Of a stretch of DNA of 32,000 nucleotides, positions 17,459 through 26,744 are shown piece after piece. The translations under genes and the position numbers were made by a program. The DNA lies in the NCBI RefSeq assembly GCF_000007145.1, contig NC_003902.1, positions 3,926,497 through 3,958,496 of the forward strand. The letters run 5' to 3'. The notes below the pieces were generated by a model. That model saw only the letters and a list, made by a program, of their open reading frames with translations, searched no databases and was not told the DNA's origin. This DNA is from Xanthomonas campestris pv. campestris str. ATCC 33913. GTDB taxonomy: Bacteria > Pseudomonadota > Gammaproteobacteria > Xanthomonadales > Xanthomonadaceae. Position 1 is the stretch's first letter. Each line of letters starts with the position of its first letter.

Positions 17459-19438
17459 ATGACGCAAATGCAAGGAACGCAGAGGTGTGCCTGGGCGGCA
17501 GCAATGCTGTTGATGTGGATGGGCGGTCAGGCGTGGGCCGAGCCCGTGCCGCCGGCGGAGGCCTTCGTCGAGTCCGGCCCGATTTCCTCGCCATCGATGT
17601 CGCCGGACGGGAAACATCTGGCGGTGAGCGCCGATCTCGGCGAAGGCAGCTACGCCTTGGTGGTCTACCGGATTGCGGACATGCAATCCACCACCATGCT
17701 GCGCCTGCCGCGTTATGAGCTGCCGGTGCGGATTGCCTGGGTCAGTGACAGGCGGCTGGTCATCGGCAAGGGCCGCAAGCTCGGCTCGCTGGAAGAACCG
17801 CTGCCGATGGGCGAAATCATTGCCACCGATCTGGATGGCAGCAACCAGCGCTATGTCTACGGCTACCTGCAGAGCACCCGCAATGCCGGCCTGGAGCGCG
17901 GCTTCGGCTATATCGAAGGGTTGCCGGCCCATCCCAACGGCCACTTCTACATGCGTCGCCTGTCGCTGGATTCGCGCCACTCGATGCTCTACGACGTCGA
18001 CACCACGACCACCACGCATCGGCTGATGGCCGACATCGACGTGCCCGGCCTGCGCTTCGTGCTCGACAATGCCGGTGTCGCGCAGTACGCCTACGGCACC
18101 GATGACAACGACAATTCACTGTTGTACCGCCGTAACGGCAACGGTTGGGCAGCCCTGCAACAGGTGCAGGCAAGCTGGCGCCCATTCGCATTTGCCAGCC
18201 AGCCGGGCCGCGTGTACGGCTGGTACAACGACGCCGGTGGGCCTGCAGCGCTGGTGTCCAGCACGCTCGATGGCCAGCAACGCAGCGTGCTTGCAGCGGA
18301 CCCGTTCTACACCGTGGACGACTTGCAGTGGGGGCCAATGCCGCAACCGCCGTTTGCGGCCAGGCTCGGGCCGGGAAAGCCGAAACTGCAGTACCTCGAC
18401 GACAGCGCCGAAGCGCGACTGCACCGCAGCCTGAGTGAAACGCTGGCCGGCCAGTACGTGGATTTCATCAATTTCACCGAAGACGGCAACGGCCTCTTGC
18501 TGCACGCCTATAGCGATCGCAATGCCGGAGACTGGTACATCTTCAACCGCACGAGCAATACCCTCAAATTGGTCGTCAAGGCGCGCAACGCGCTGCAGCC
18601 GGCGCAGATGAGCGAACGGCGCATGGTGACCTTCCAGGCACGCGATGGTTTGACCCTGGATGGTGTGCTGACCGTGCCGAACACTGCCGCCAAGGGCACG
18701 CGGTTGCCGATGATCCTGCTGCCGCACGGCGGCCCGCATGCCGACGGCGATGGCTGGGCGTTCGATACCGACGCGCAGTTCCTGGCCAGCCGCGGCTATC
18801 TGGTGTTGCAGGTCAACTACCGTGGCGGCCACGGCCGCGGCCACAACTTCGAGCGCGCCGGCTACCGGCAGTGGGGCGAACGCATCCAGGACGATCTGGT
18901 CGACGGCGTGCGCTGGGCGGTTGCGCAAGGGCTGGCCGATCAGTCACGCATCTGCAGCTATGGCGCCAGCTTTGGTGCGTATGCAGCGATGATGGTGCAG
19001 GTCAAGGCGCCAGAGTTGTTCCGCTGCGCAGTTGGCCTGGCCGGCATCTACGATTTGCAGATGATGTACAGCAAGGGCGACATCAACCGCAGCGACTACG
19101 GCATCAATTATCTGGAGCGCGCCATCGGCCGTGACGCCGCCGATCTTGCGGCGCATTCGCCGGTGAGCCTGGCCGACCGCATCAAGGTCCCGGTGTTGCT
19201 GGTACACGGCGAAGAAGACGAGCGTGCGCCATTCGCGCAGGCCAAGAGCTTGCGTGCAGCGTTGACGCGCAGTGGCAATGCACCGCAGTGGATGGCCGTC
19301 CCAAAAGAAGGGCACGGTTTCTACAAGGACGCCAATCAAATTGCGTTCTATCGCACGCTGGAACGTTTCCTTGCCGAGCAGTTGGGCAACGCCGTGCCTG
19401 CATCGCCCGCCAGCACGGCCTCTAGCGCGCCGCAGTAA
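17459..19438 (+). CDS. Secreted S9-family serine peptidase (prolyl oligopeptidase / dipeptidyl-aminopeptidase type: beta-propeller plus alpha/beta hydrolase)
   Basis: ATG at 17459 with AGGGGA upstream. Signal peptide ...AAAMLLMWMGGQAWAEP. Catalytic-domain motifs: HGGPHA, YGASFGAYAAMM (GxSxG), LLVHGEEDERAP, EGHGF. Confidence 0.9.
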   Translation: MTQMQGTQRCAWAAAMLLMWMGGQAWAEPVPPAEAFVESGPISSPSMSPDGKHLAVSADLGEGSYALVVYRIADMQSTTMLRLPRYELPVRIAWVSDRRLVIGKGRKLGSLEEPLPMGEIIATDLDGSNQRYVYGYLQSTRNAGLERGFGYIEGLPAHPNGHFYMRRLSLDSRHSMLYDVDTTTTTHRLMADIDVPGLRFVLDNAGVAQYAYGTDDNDNSLLYRRNGNGWAALQQVQASWRPFAFASQPGRVYGWYNDAGGPAALVSSTLDGQQRSVLAADPFYTVDDLQWGPMPQPPFAARLGPGKPKLQYLDDSAEARLHRSLSETLAGQYVDFINFTEDGNGLLLHAYSDRNAGDWYIFNRTSNTLKLVVKARNALQPAQMSERRMVTFQARDGLTLDGVLTVPNTAAKGTRLPMILLPHGGPHADGDGWAFDTDAQFLASRGYLVLQVNYRGGHGRGHNFERAGYRQWGERIQDDLVDGVRWAVAQGLADQSRICSYGASFGAYAAMMVQVKAPELFRCAVGLAGIYDLQMMYSKGDINRSDYGINYLERAIGRDAADLAAHSPVSLADRIKVPVLLVHGEEDERAPFAQAKSLRAALTRSGNAPQWMAVPKEGHGFYKDANQIAFYRTLERFLAEQLGNAVPASPASTASSAPQ

Positions 19439-19450
19439 GCGCGGCTGCGG

Positions 19451-21289
19451 TTACTCCAGCGTGTAGCCCACGCGCAGGCCGCCCCAATGCTTGCGGCCGA
19501 CGAAGATCGGCGCAGACAGGTCGAACATGATCTGCCCGGTGTCGCGGCGATAGACCTGCAGGCGGTACGGGTCGGTATGCGCGCCGACACTGCGGCCGAC
19601 ACGGTCGGTGAACTTGCGCTTGGTGCGGTTACCGACCAGGTCGCGTTTGGCATCGCCGGTCAGCGGCTGGGTGAAGCGCAGGTTGTGGGTGGGCACATAG
19701 CCGTCGGGATTGGCACAGATCGCAAAGACGATCCACGCGTGCGCATCCAGTAACGGTTCCTGCAAGGCAGGCAGAATCTGATCACAGACGCCATCGAACG
19801 CCGTACTGAACTTGGCCGGCTCCACGCCGGGAATAGGCGTGTAGGTACGCGCAAACAAGGCCGCTTCGTCGATCTGGCCGCGCGCGATGGCCTGCGCCAA
19901 CGCGGTGCCGATGCGCCCGGCGGTGGCCACCGCCAGTTCCTTGACCCGCGCATGCCGTGGCACCTGCAACGGATCGGCCGGCAGCCGGAACAGGCCCACG
20001 CAGTCACGCAGCGTTTCGGTGCCGCGCTCCAGCGCTTCGCTGCGTTCGGCCACATGCGCGGCATGCTGCAGATTGCTGCGCCCTAGTGCCACCACGCCAT
20101 CCACGGCGCTTTCGATGCCGCGGATCTCGCCATCCTGCGCCTGGATGCGACCGGCCACTGCGGTCATCGCGCCACTGGCACGCCCGAGCAGGCCGGTGAT
20201 GCCGTCGAGCACGGCTTCGGTGCCGCGCGCGGAAGCGGCGCCTTCACCGATGGCCGCGCTGGTTTCGGCCAGGATTGCGCGCACATCGCGCGCAGCCGCC
20301 GCAGCGCGTTCGGCCAGGCGGCGGATTTCGGTGGCGACCACCGCAAAGCCGCGTCCGGCATCGCCGGCGTGTGCGGCTTCGATGCTCGCGTTGATGGAAA
20401 GGATATTGGTCTGGAAGGCGACCGAGTCGATGACTTCGATGACCTCGCCCGCGCGTGCGGCGCGCCGTTCCACTTCCTGCATCGCCTGGCCCAGCGCACG
20501 CGCCGCGGCCATGCCCTGGCGCGCGCTTTCATCCGCGCTACCGGCCAGCGTGATCACCTGCGCCAGCTCGGCGTTGACGTCATGCAGGTTGGTCGCCAGC
20601 CGTTCCACTGCGATGCGCGCACCATCGAGCGCTTCGGTCTGCGCCTGCGACTGGCGCACCATTTCGTCGTTCTCGGCCACCAGCGGCGGCACTTCGGCGG
20701 CGATCTGTACCGACAAGGCCACCGCCTGGCGGATCGCTTCGGCCAGATTGCCGAAACCCGCCTGTAGCCGGCGGCCCATCTCGGTCTCGGCCAGGCCAGC
20801 AGGGAGCAGCAGTTCAAGCTCGCAGCCGGCCAGCGCCTGCGCGGTGCGTTCGAGCACCGTGCGGTCCTCGTGCTCGGCCTGCAGGCGGGCCACCAGCGGT
20901 TGCAGCAGTGGCGAGATCGGCACCGGGCGGCTGTCTTCGGCCAGACGTATGGCCTCGCGCAGCAAGGTGGCGGTTTCCACGTGCGGCAAGGACAGCAGCC
21001 ACCCGCCATGCACGCGGTCGCGCGTGTAGCGCACGCGGCGCGCCGGGTCATCGCCCGGAGCGGCCCACACGCCTTCTTCGCCGACCAGATCGGCTGCGTT
21101 CAAGCCCCACAGCAGCGTGGCGGGCGCGCCCTGCAGCGCGGCGGCGGTGATGCCCAGCACGTCGAGCCCGGCGCGATTGCAGGCCACCAGGCATGCCTCG
21201 GCCGAAAGCCGCAACAAGGCGACCGGTGCATCGGGAAGCAGTGCTGCCTGCGCATGCGCCGGCAGATCGGACTGTTGCATCGAATTCAT
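19451..21289 (-). CDS. Soluble methyl-accepting chemotaxis protein: N-terminal PAS-like region, MCP signalling domain, additional ~175-aa C-terminal domain
   Basis: ATG at 21289 with GGAGGA upstream. Signalling tip [42 protein letters not shown]. No hydrophobic TM segment is visible. The C-terminal extension ends ...[59 protein letters not shown]. Confidence 0.9.
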   Translation of the reverse strand: MNSMQQSDLPAHAQAALLPDAPVALLRLSAEACLVACNRAGLDVLGITAAALQGAPATLLWGLNAADLVGEEGVWAAPGDDPARRVRYTRDRVHGGWLLSLPHVETATLLREAIRLAEDSRPVPISPLLQPLVARLQAEHEDRTVLERTAQALAGCELELLLPAGLAETEMGRRLQAGFGNLAEAIRQAVALSVQIAAEVPPLVAENDEMVRQSQAQTEALDGARIAVERLATNLHDVNAELAQVITLAGSADESARQGMAAARALGQAMQEVERRAARAGEVIEVIDSVAFQTNILSINASIEAAHAGDAGRGFAVVATEIRRLAERAAAAARDVRAILAETSAAIGEGAASARGTEAVLDGITGLLGRASGAMTAVAGRIQAQDGEIRGIESAVDGVVALGRSNLQHAAHVAERSEALERGTETLRDCVGLFRLPADPLQVPRHARVKELAVATAGRIGTALAQAIARGQIDEAALFARTYTPIPGVEPAKFSTAFDGVCDQILPALQEPLLDAHAWIVFAICANPDGYVPTHNLRFTQPLTGDAKRDLVGNRTKRKFTDRVGRSVGAHTDPYRLQVYRRDTGQIMFDLSAPIFVGRKHWGGLRVGYTLE

Positions 21290-21367
21290 GGGATTCCTCC
21301 GAATCCATCGAACACGTTAGCGGCGCGCGCGGCGTGGAATTGAGCGTGCATCTTCGCGTGCAGCCGC

Positions 21368-23077
21368 TCAGTAACCGGCGGCCTGCCCGTCCTTGCGGCT
21401 CTCCGAGGCGCCGTAATAGACGCCGCTGGCCGGATCACGCGCAATCGCCTGGTAGCCGCCATAAGGTCCGTCGGCAAAGATCACCCGGTGACCTTTGCGC
21501 ATCAGCCCGCGGATGGTGTCGTAGGAGAAGCCAGTCTCCAGATTGACTTCGCCGCCATCGCTCATCGCCGTGGCCTGGCCGGTGGGCTCGGTGGAGCCTT
21601 CATGCTGGATGCGCGGTGCATCGCCGGCTTCCTGCAGATTCATATGGAAGTCCACCAGGTTCATCACGATCTGCACATGCCCCTGTGGCTGCATCGCCCC
21701 GCCCATCACGCCAAAGCTCAGCCACGGCTTGCCGTCTTTGGTGACGAACGCCGGGATGATGGTCTGGAACGGGCGCTTGCCTGGGGCGTAGCCGTTGGGG
21801 TGGTCCTTCTTCAGCACGAACATCTCGCCGCGATCCTGCAGGATGAAGCCCAGTCCCGGCGGCGCCATGCCGCTGCCCATGCCACGGTAGTTGGACTGGA
21901 TCAGCGACACCATCATTCCGTCGGCATCGGCCACGGTCATGTAGATGGTGTCGCCCTCCTCCAGCTGCTTGGGCGTGCCCGGCTGCACTTCCTTCAAGGC
22001 CTTGTCCATCGAGATCAACGCGCGGCGCTGCGCGGCATAGTCTTTGGAAATCAGCTTGGCCAGCGGCGCCGGCTGGAAGGCCGGGTCGGCATAGAAGCGT
22101 GCGCGGTCGGCAAAGGCCAGCTTCTTGGCCTCGGTGAACAGGTGCACATGCTCGGTCGAGCCGAAGCCGATCTTGGAAAAATCGTAGCCTTCCAGGATAT
22201 TGAGCATCTGCAACGCCGCGATGCCCTGGCTGTTGGGCGGCAGTTCCCACACGTCATAGCCACGGTAATTGGTGCTGACCGGCTCGACCCATTCGCCCTG
22301 GTGGCTGGCGAGGTCTTCGTAGCTCAGAAAGCCGCCATTGGCCTTGAAGTAGGCACCGATGGTGCGCGCGATCTCGCCCTTATAGAACGCGTCGCGCCCG
22401 CCATCGGCGATCTGCTGCAAGGTATTGGCCAGGTTCGGGTTCTTCCACAGTTCGCCCTTGCGCGGGGCATGCCCGTCGAGGGTGAACTGCTCCTTGAAGC
22501 CGGGGTACTGCGACAACCGCGGCACGGAGCGGTCCCAGTAATAGGCGATCGTTTCGGCAACCGGGTGTCCCTCACGCGCGTAGCGGATCGCCGGCGCCAG
22601 GTCCTGCGCCATCGGCTTGCGGCCAAAACGCCCGTGCAACGCGAACCAGCCGTCCACCGCGCCCGGCACCGACACCGGCAGCGGCCCGGTCGGCGGAATG
22701 TCCTTCAACCCCCGGCGCTGTAACTCGGCCAGGGTGAGCGACTTCGGCGAGCGGCCCGACCCGTTGTAGCCGTAGAGCTTGTTGGTCTTGGGGTCCCACA
22801 CGATCGCGAACAGATCCCCGCCCACCCCGTTGCCGGTCGGCTCCATCAGGCCCAGTGCGGCATTGGCAGCGATCGCCGCATCCACCGCCGAGCCGCCGTC
22901 CTTCATCACATCCAGTGCGATCTGCGTGGCCAGCGGCTGCGAGGTCGCGGCCATGGCATGCGGGGCGATCACTTCCGAGCGGGTGGCGAAAGGTTGCCCG
23001 GTGATGCGGTCGGCCGCACCAGACGGTGGCGCGAGCAGCACCAGAGCAGACACCAACAAGGCAGGTACGCAACGCAT
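21368..23077 (-). CDS. ggt: Gamma-glutamyltranspeptidase
   Basis: ATG at 23077. Signal peptide MRCVPALLVSALVLLAPPSGAA. Conserved GGSAVDAAIAANAALGLMEPTGNGVGGDLF and autoprocessing-site context GDTIYMTVADADGMMVS. The track ORF to 23206 is over-extended. Confidence 0.95.
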   Translation of the reverse strand: MRCVPALLVSALVLLAPPSGAADRITGQPFATRSEVIAPHAMAATSQPLATQIALDVMKDGGSAVDAAIAANAALGLMEPTGNGVGGDLFAIVWDPKTNKLYGYNGSGRSPKSLTLAELQRRGLKDIPPTGPLPVSVPGAVDGWFALHGRFGRKPMAQDLAPAIRYAREGHPVAETIAYYWDRSVPRLSQYPGFKEQFTLDGHAPRKGELWKNPNLANTLQQIADGGRDAFYKGEIARTIGAYFKANGGFLSYEDLASHQGEWVEPVSTNYRGYDVWELPPNSQGIAALQMLNILEGYDFSKIGFGSTEHVHLFTEAKKLAFADRARFYADPAFQPAPLAKLISKDYAAQRRALISMDKALKEVQPGTPKQLEEGDTIYMTVADADGMMVSLIQSNYRGMGSGMAPPGLGFILQDRGEMFVLKKDHPNGYAPGKRPFQTIIPAFVTKDGKPWLSFGVMGGAMQPQGHVQIVMNLVDFHMNLQEAGDAPRIQHEGSTEPTGQATAMSDGGEVNLETGFSYDTIRGLMRKGHRVIFADGPYGGYQAIARDPASGVYYGASESRKDGQAAGY

Positions 23078-23300
23078 GGCAGGAGCCCCCAGGAGCACAT
23101 CAATGATGAGTTGCCAACGATACCAGTGCACCAGCGCGCCACGTCCAAACCGCCGCAACCGATCGCAGAAGTCGCGCAATTGGTGACGCCGGTTGCAGCC
23201 ACGCACCGCGCGTCGCTGCGGTTTCAGCGGTAACCATGCTGCTGTGGCGGGGCTTTGCGCGCGCCACTTCGTACGATGACCGAAGTTTCAGCCGCAAGGG

Positions 23301-23331
23301 TTGACACCCCCGCAGCGGCGGTGGTTATCTC
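23301..23331 (+). promoter_or_regulatory. Candidate sigma70-type promoter of the ilv-leu operon
   Basis: Perfect -35 TTGACA (23301-23306). The -10 candidates are weak: GTTATC/TATCTC at 17-19 nt spacing. Confidence 0.3.
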
Positions 23332-23337
23332 AGGTCC

Positions 23338-23457
23338 ATGCCGCACCGCACCGCCACCTTGAACGCTTCACTGCCCGCGCCCATCGGCGTGCCGGCGTCG
23401 CTTCTCGTGCTCGTACTTATTACCTCGCCAACCGGTGCGGGACGCGGCTTCGTGTAG
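23338..23457 (+). CDS. Branched-chain-amino-acid-rich leader peptide (39 aa) of the ilv-leu operon
   Basis: MPHRTATLNASLPAPIGVPASLLVLVLITSPTGAGRGFV, with seven consecutive Leu/Val/Ile codons at 23401-23421. It is followed by terminator and antiterminator structures. No clear SD. Confidence 0.6.
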   Translation: MPHRTATLNASLPAPIGVPASLLVLVLITSPTGAGRGFV

Positions 23458-23484
23458 GCAACAGACACACAAGGCTTCGATCAG

Positions 23485-23520
23485 ACCCCGCACCGGCAAC
23501 GGCGCGGGGTTTCGCGTTTC
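23485..23520 (+). terminator. Attenuator (intrinsic terminator) between the leader peptide and ilvC
   Basis: ACCCCGCACCG-GCAA-CGGCGCGGGGT (one mismatch) followed by TTTCGCGTTTC. Its 5' arm CCCGCACCGG is perfectly complementary to CCGGTGCGGG at 23432-23441. Confidence 0.65.
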
Positions 23521-23716
23521 AGGGACCACCAAAAGTTTCGAATGACATGAACAACGCCATCTCCACCACCGCAGAGTGCTTCAGCAACGCCGCAACACGC
23601 GGCGAGGTGCATCCCTGCATGGACGACGCCGTTGTGATTCCCCGCTTTGTTCGGCCAGTACGTATCTCCACTGCCGGCTGATTCCTTTCCCACTGCCCAC
23701 ACCGCAAGGATTTTCA

Positions 23717-24718
23717 ATGAGCAACGACACCCAACCGACCATCGCGATCATCGGCTACGGCAGCCAGGGCCGCGCGCATGCGCTGAACCTGCGCGATTCC
23801 GGCTTCGACGTCACCGTTGGCCTGCGCCCCGGTGGCCCGACCGAAGCCAAGGCCCAGGCCGATGGCTTCACCGTCGTTGCGCCGGCCGAAGCGGTAAAGA
23901 CCGCTGATCTGGTCGCGGTGCTGACCCCGGACATGGTGCAGAAGAAGCTCTACGAAGAGGTCATTGCGCCGAACATGAAGCAGGGCGCCTGCCTGCTGTT
24001 CGCGCACGGGTTGAACGTGCATTTCGACATGATCAAGCCGCGCGCGGATCTGGACGTGGTGTTGGTCGCGCCGAAGGGCCCGGGCGCACTGGTGCGTCGC
24101 GAATATGAAATCGGCCGCGGCGTGCCGTGCATCTATGCGGTCTACCAGGACACCAGTGGCAAGGCCGAGCAGTTCGCGCTCACATACGCCGGCGGCCTGG
24201 GCGGCGCGCGCGCCAACATCATCAAGACCACCTTCAAGGAAGAGACCGAAACCGATCTGTTCGGCGAGCAGGCGGTGCTGTGCGGTGGTGCGTCCTCGCT
24301 GGTGCAGGCCGGTTTCGAAGTGCTGGTGGAAGCTGGTTATCAGCCGGAAATCGCCTATTACGAAGTGCTGCACGAACTGAAGCTGATCGTGGACCTGTTC
24401 TACGAAGGCGGCATCACCCGCATGCTGGAGTTCGTCTCCGAAACCGCGCAGTACGGCGACTACGTCAGCGGCCCGCGCGTCATCGATGCCAGCACCAAGG
24501 CACGCATGAAAGATGTGCTGACCGACATCCAGAACGGCACCTTCACCAAGAACTGGGTGGCCGAATACGAAGCCGGCCTGCCGAACTACACCAAGTTCAA
24601 GCAGGCCGATCTGGAGCACCCGATCGAAGAAGTGGGCAAGAAATTGCGCGCCAAGATGGTATGGCTCAATGGTGAGCAGCAGGCCGCCGCTACACCTGCC
24701 AAGCAACAGGCGGCGTAA
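23717..24718 (+). CDS. ilvC: Ketol-acid reductoisomerase (class I, 333 aa)
   Basis: ATG at 23717 with AAGGA upstream. [21 protein letters not shown]... is typical KARI. The track ORF from 23576 is over-extended. Confidence 0.95.
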   Translation: MSNDTQPTIAIIGYGSQGRAHALNLRDSGFDVTVGLRPGGPTEAKAQADGFTVVAPAEAVKTADLVAVLTPDMVQKKLYEEVIAPNMKQGACLLFAHGLNVHFDMIKPRADLDVVLVAPKGPGALVRREYEIGRGVPCIYAVYQDTSGKAEQFALTYAGGLGGARANIIKTTFKEETETDLFGEQAVLCGGASSLVQAGFEVLVEAGYQPEIAYYEVLHELKLIVDLFYEGGITRMLEFVSETAQYGDYVSGPRVIDASTKARMKDVLTDIQNGTFTKNWVAEYEAGLPNYTKFKQADLEHPIEEVGKKLRAKMVWLNGEQQAAATPAKQQAA

Positions 24719-24763
24719 CGCCGCCGCCTCCCCCACCGTTTAACCGAAAGGTCCGCACAACGC

Positions 24764-26485
24764 ATGAACACCTCCGCACACAGCAAGCCCCGCAATGGCG
24801 CGCGCTGGCTGACGCAGGCCCTGGAAGCCGAGGGCGTGGAAACGCTGTTCGGCTATCCGGGCGGCACCATCATGCCGTTCTACGACGCCCTGGTGGATTC
24901 CAAGCTCAAGCACATCCTGGTGCGTCACGAACAAGGTGCCGCATTGGCGGCCAACGGGTTCGCCCGTGCCAGTGGCCGTGTCGGCGTGTGCGTGGCCACC
25001 TCCGGCCCGGGCGCGTCCAACCTGGTCACCGGCATTGCCGACGCCATGCTCGACTCGGTGCCGATGGTGTGCCTGACCGGCCAGGTCGCCACGCCGTTGC
25101 TGGGCACCGATGCGTTCCAGGAACTGGACGTGTTCGGCATGACCATGCCGATCGTCAAGCACAGCTTTCTGGTGCGCAGCGTGGATGAGTTGCCGGAGAT
25201 GGTGCGCGAGGCGTTTCGGATTGCACGCGAAGGGCGTCCCGGGCCGGTGCTGATCGACCTGCCAAAGGACGTGCAGATTGCCGATGCCTCGCATCTGCCC
25301 GACCACGTGCCGGCGCAGGTGCTGCCTCCGCCGGCGCCGCAGGACGCCAAATTGGCCGAAGCGTTGGCGGCGATCGCCAGCGCCGAACGCCCGGTGGTCT
25401 ACGGCGGTGGCGGCATTGCGCTGGCGGGTGCGGTGGAGGCTTTCCGCCGCTTCGTGGAAGCCACCGGCATGCCGACCGCGCTGACCTTGCGCGGCCTGGG
25501 CGCCTTGCCGCACGCCCATCCGGACTACCTGGGCATGTTGGGCATGCATGGCACGCGCGCGGCGAACATGGCCATCCAGGAATGCGATCTGCTGGTGGTG
25601 GTCGGCGCCCGGTTCGACGACCGCGCCACCGGCAAACTGAGCGAATTTGCACCATTTGCGCGCGTCATCCACCTGGATGCCGACGCGTATGAAATTTCCA
25701 AGCTGCGCACCGCCGATGTGGCGGTGCCCGGCGATGTAGCCACCAGCCTGAAGGCGTTGAGCGCGGCACGTGCCAATTGCCAGGCCTGGCGCACGCGGTG
25801 TTTTGCCAACCGTGAAAAGTTCGGCGCGCGCTATGACGCACCGGGCACCGATATCTACGCACCGGCACTGCTGAAGCGCCTGAGCGAAGTGGCCCCGGCC
25901 GACACCATCATTGCCTGCGATGTCGGCCAGCATCAGATGTGGGTTGCCCAGCATTGCCGCTTCAACCACCCACGCAACCATCTCACCAGCGGCGCGCTCG
26001 GCACCATGGGCTTCGGCCTGCCGGCGGCGATGGGCGCGCAGTTCGCCTGCCCGGACCGCACCGTGGTGCTGGTCTCCGGCGATGGCAGCTTCATGATGAA
26101 TGTGCAGGAACTGGTGACGATTGCGCGTTGCAAGTTGCCGGTGAAGATCGTGCTGCTGGATAACAGCTCGCTGGGCATGGTGCGGCAGTGGCAGGAACTG
26201 TTCTTCGCCGAGCGCTACAGCGAGATCGACCTCTCCGACAACCCGGATTTCGCCGCATTGGCGCAGGTATTCGGCATCCCGGCCAAGCGCATCATTGCGC
26301 GCGGCGATGTGGACGCCGCGCTGGCCGAGTTGCTGGCGCAGCCCGGCCCGGGCCTGCTGCATGTGGCCATCGACGCACGCGCCAACGTGTGGCCGCTGGT
26401 GCCGCCCAACAACGCCAACAGCACCATGCTGGACAGCAATCCCGCACATGCGGCCAAGGAGACCCCTCATGCGTTACCGGCTTGA
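24764..26485 (+). CDS. ilvG: Acetolactate synthase (acetohydroxyacid synthase) large subunit
   Basis: ThDP-enzyme motifs: GVETLFGYPGGTIMPFYDAL, GPGASNLVTGIADA, GLGTMGFGLPAAMGA, SGDGSFMMNVQEL. Confidence 0.95.
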   Translation: MNTSAHSKPRNGARWLTQALEAEGVETLFGYPGGTIMPFYDALVDSKLKHILVRHEQGAALAANGFARASGRVGVCVATSGPGASNLVTGIADAMLDSVPMVCLTGQVATPLLGTDAFQELDVFGMTMPIVKHSFLVRSVDELPEMVREAFRIAREGRPGPVLIDLPKDVQIADASHLPDHVPAQVLPPPAPQDAKLAEALAAIASAERPVVYGGGGIALAGAVEAFRRFVEATGMPTALTLRGLGALPHAHPDYLGMLGMHGTRAANMAIQECDLLVVVGARFDDRATGKLSEFAPFARVIHLDADAYEISKLRTADVAVPGDVATSLKALSAARANCQAWRTRCFANREKFGARYDAPGTDIYAPALLKRLSEVAPADTIIACDVGQHQMWVAQHCRFNHPRNHLTSGALGTMGFGLPAAMGAQFACPDRTVVLVSGDGSFMMNVQELVTIARCKLPVKIVLLDNSSLGMVRQWQELFFAERYSEIDLSDNPDFAALAQVFGIPAKRIIARGDVDAALAELLAQPGPGLLHVAIDARANVWPLVPPNNANSTMLDSNPAHAAKETPHALPA

Positions 26486-26726
26486 TCTGGTGCTGAAGCC
26501 GGCCGAAGGCGCGCTGGTGCGCGTGATCGGCATGACCGAACGGCGTGGCTTCCGCCCGTGCGCCATCCAGGGCGCCGCCGCGCCGGACGATGCCGGCCGC
26601 TGGCATCTGCAACTGGACGTGGACAGCACGCGCCCGCCGGAAACGCTGCGCCTGCAGTTGGAAAAAGTGTACGACTGCGAGTCGGTGGCGATCACGGCCT
26701 TGGACTCGGTGGAGGCCGCCGCATGA
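26469..26726 (+). CDS. ilvM: Acetolactate synthase small (regulatory) subunit, IlvM-type (85 aa)
   Basis: ATG at 26469 with AAGGAG 7 nt upstream, overlapping the ilvG 3' end by 17 nt. MRYRLDLVLKPAEGALVRVIGMTERRGF... is an ACT-like small subunit in the expected position. Confidence 0.8.
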   Translation: MRYRLDLVLKPAEGALVRVIGMTERRGFRPCAIQGAAAPDDAGRWHLQLDVDSTRPPETLRLQLEKVYDCESVAITALDSVEAAA

Positions 26727-26744
26727 GCCTGCAGACCTCGCGGG

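Noticed and set aside
19439-19450. Only 12 bp between the convergent stops of the S9 peptidase and MCP genes, with no terminator
   Set aside because: Tight convergent junctions are common in compact high-G+C genomes. Nothing further can be inferred from sequence.
24740-26470. 576-aa minus-strand ORF antisense to ilvG. Similar cases: 27251..29200 (-) antisense to leuA/tdcB, 14891..17155 (+) antisense to thiC, 6273..7679 (-) antisense to the HDOD gene, 3551..4798 (-) antisense to hppA, 12523..13269 (+), and 19887..21029 (+).
   Set aside because: Stop-codon-poor antisense frames are expected at this G+C content. The translations are His/Arg/Gly/Ala-rich nonsense. The sense strands carry highly conserved proteins.
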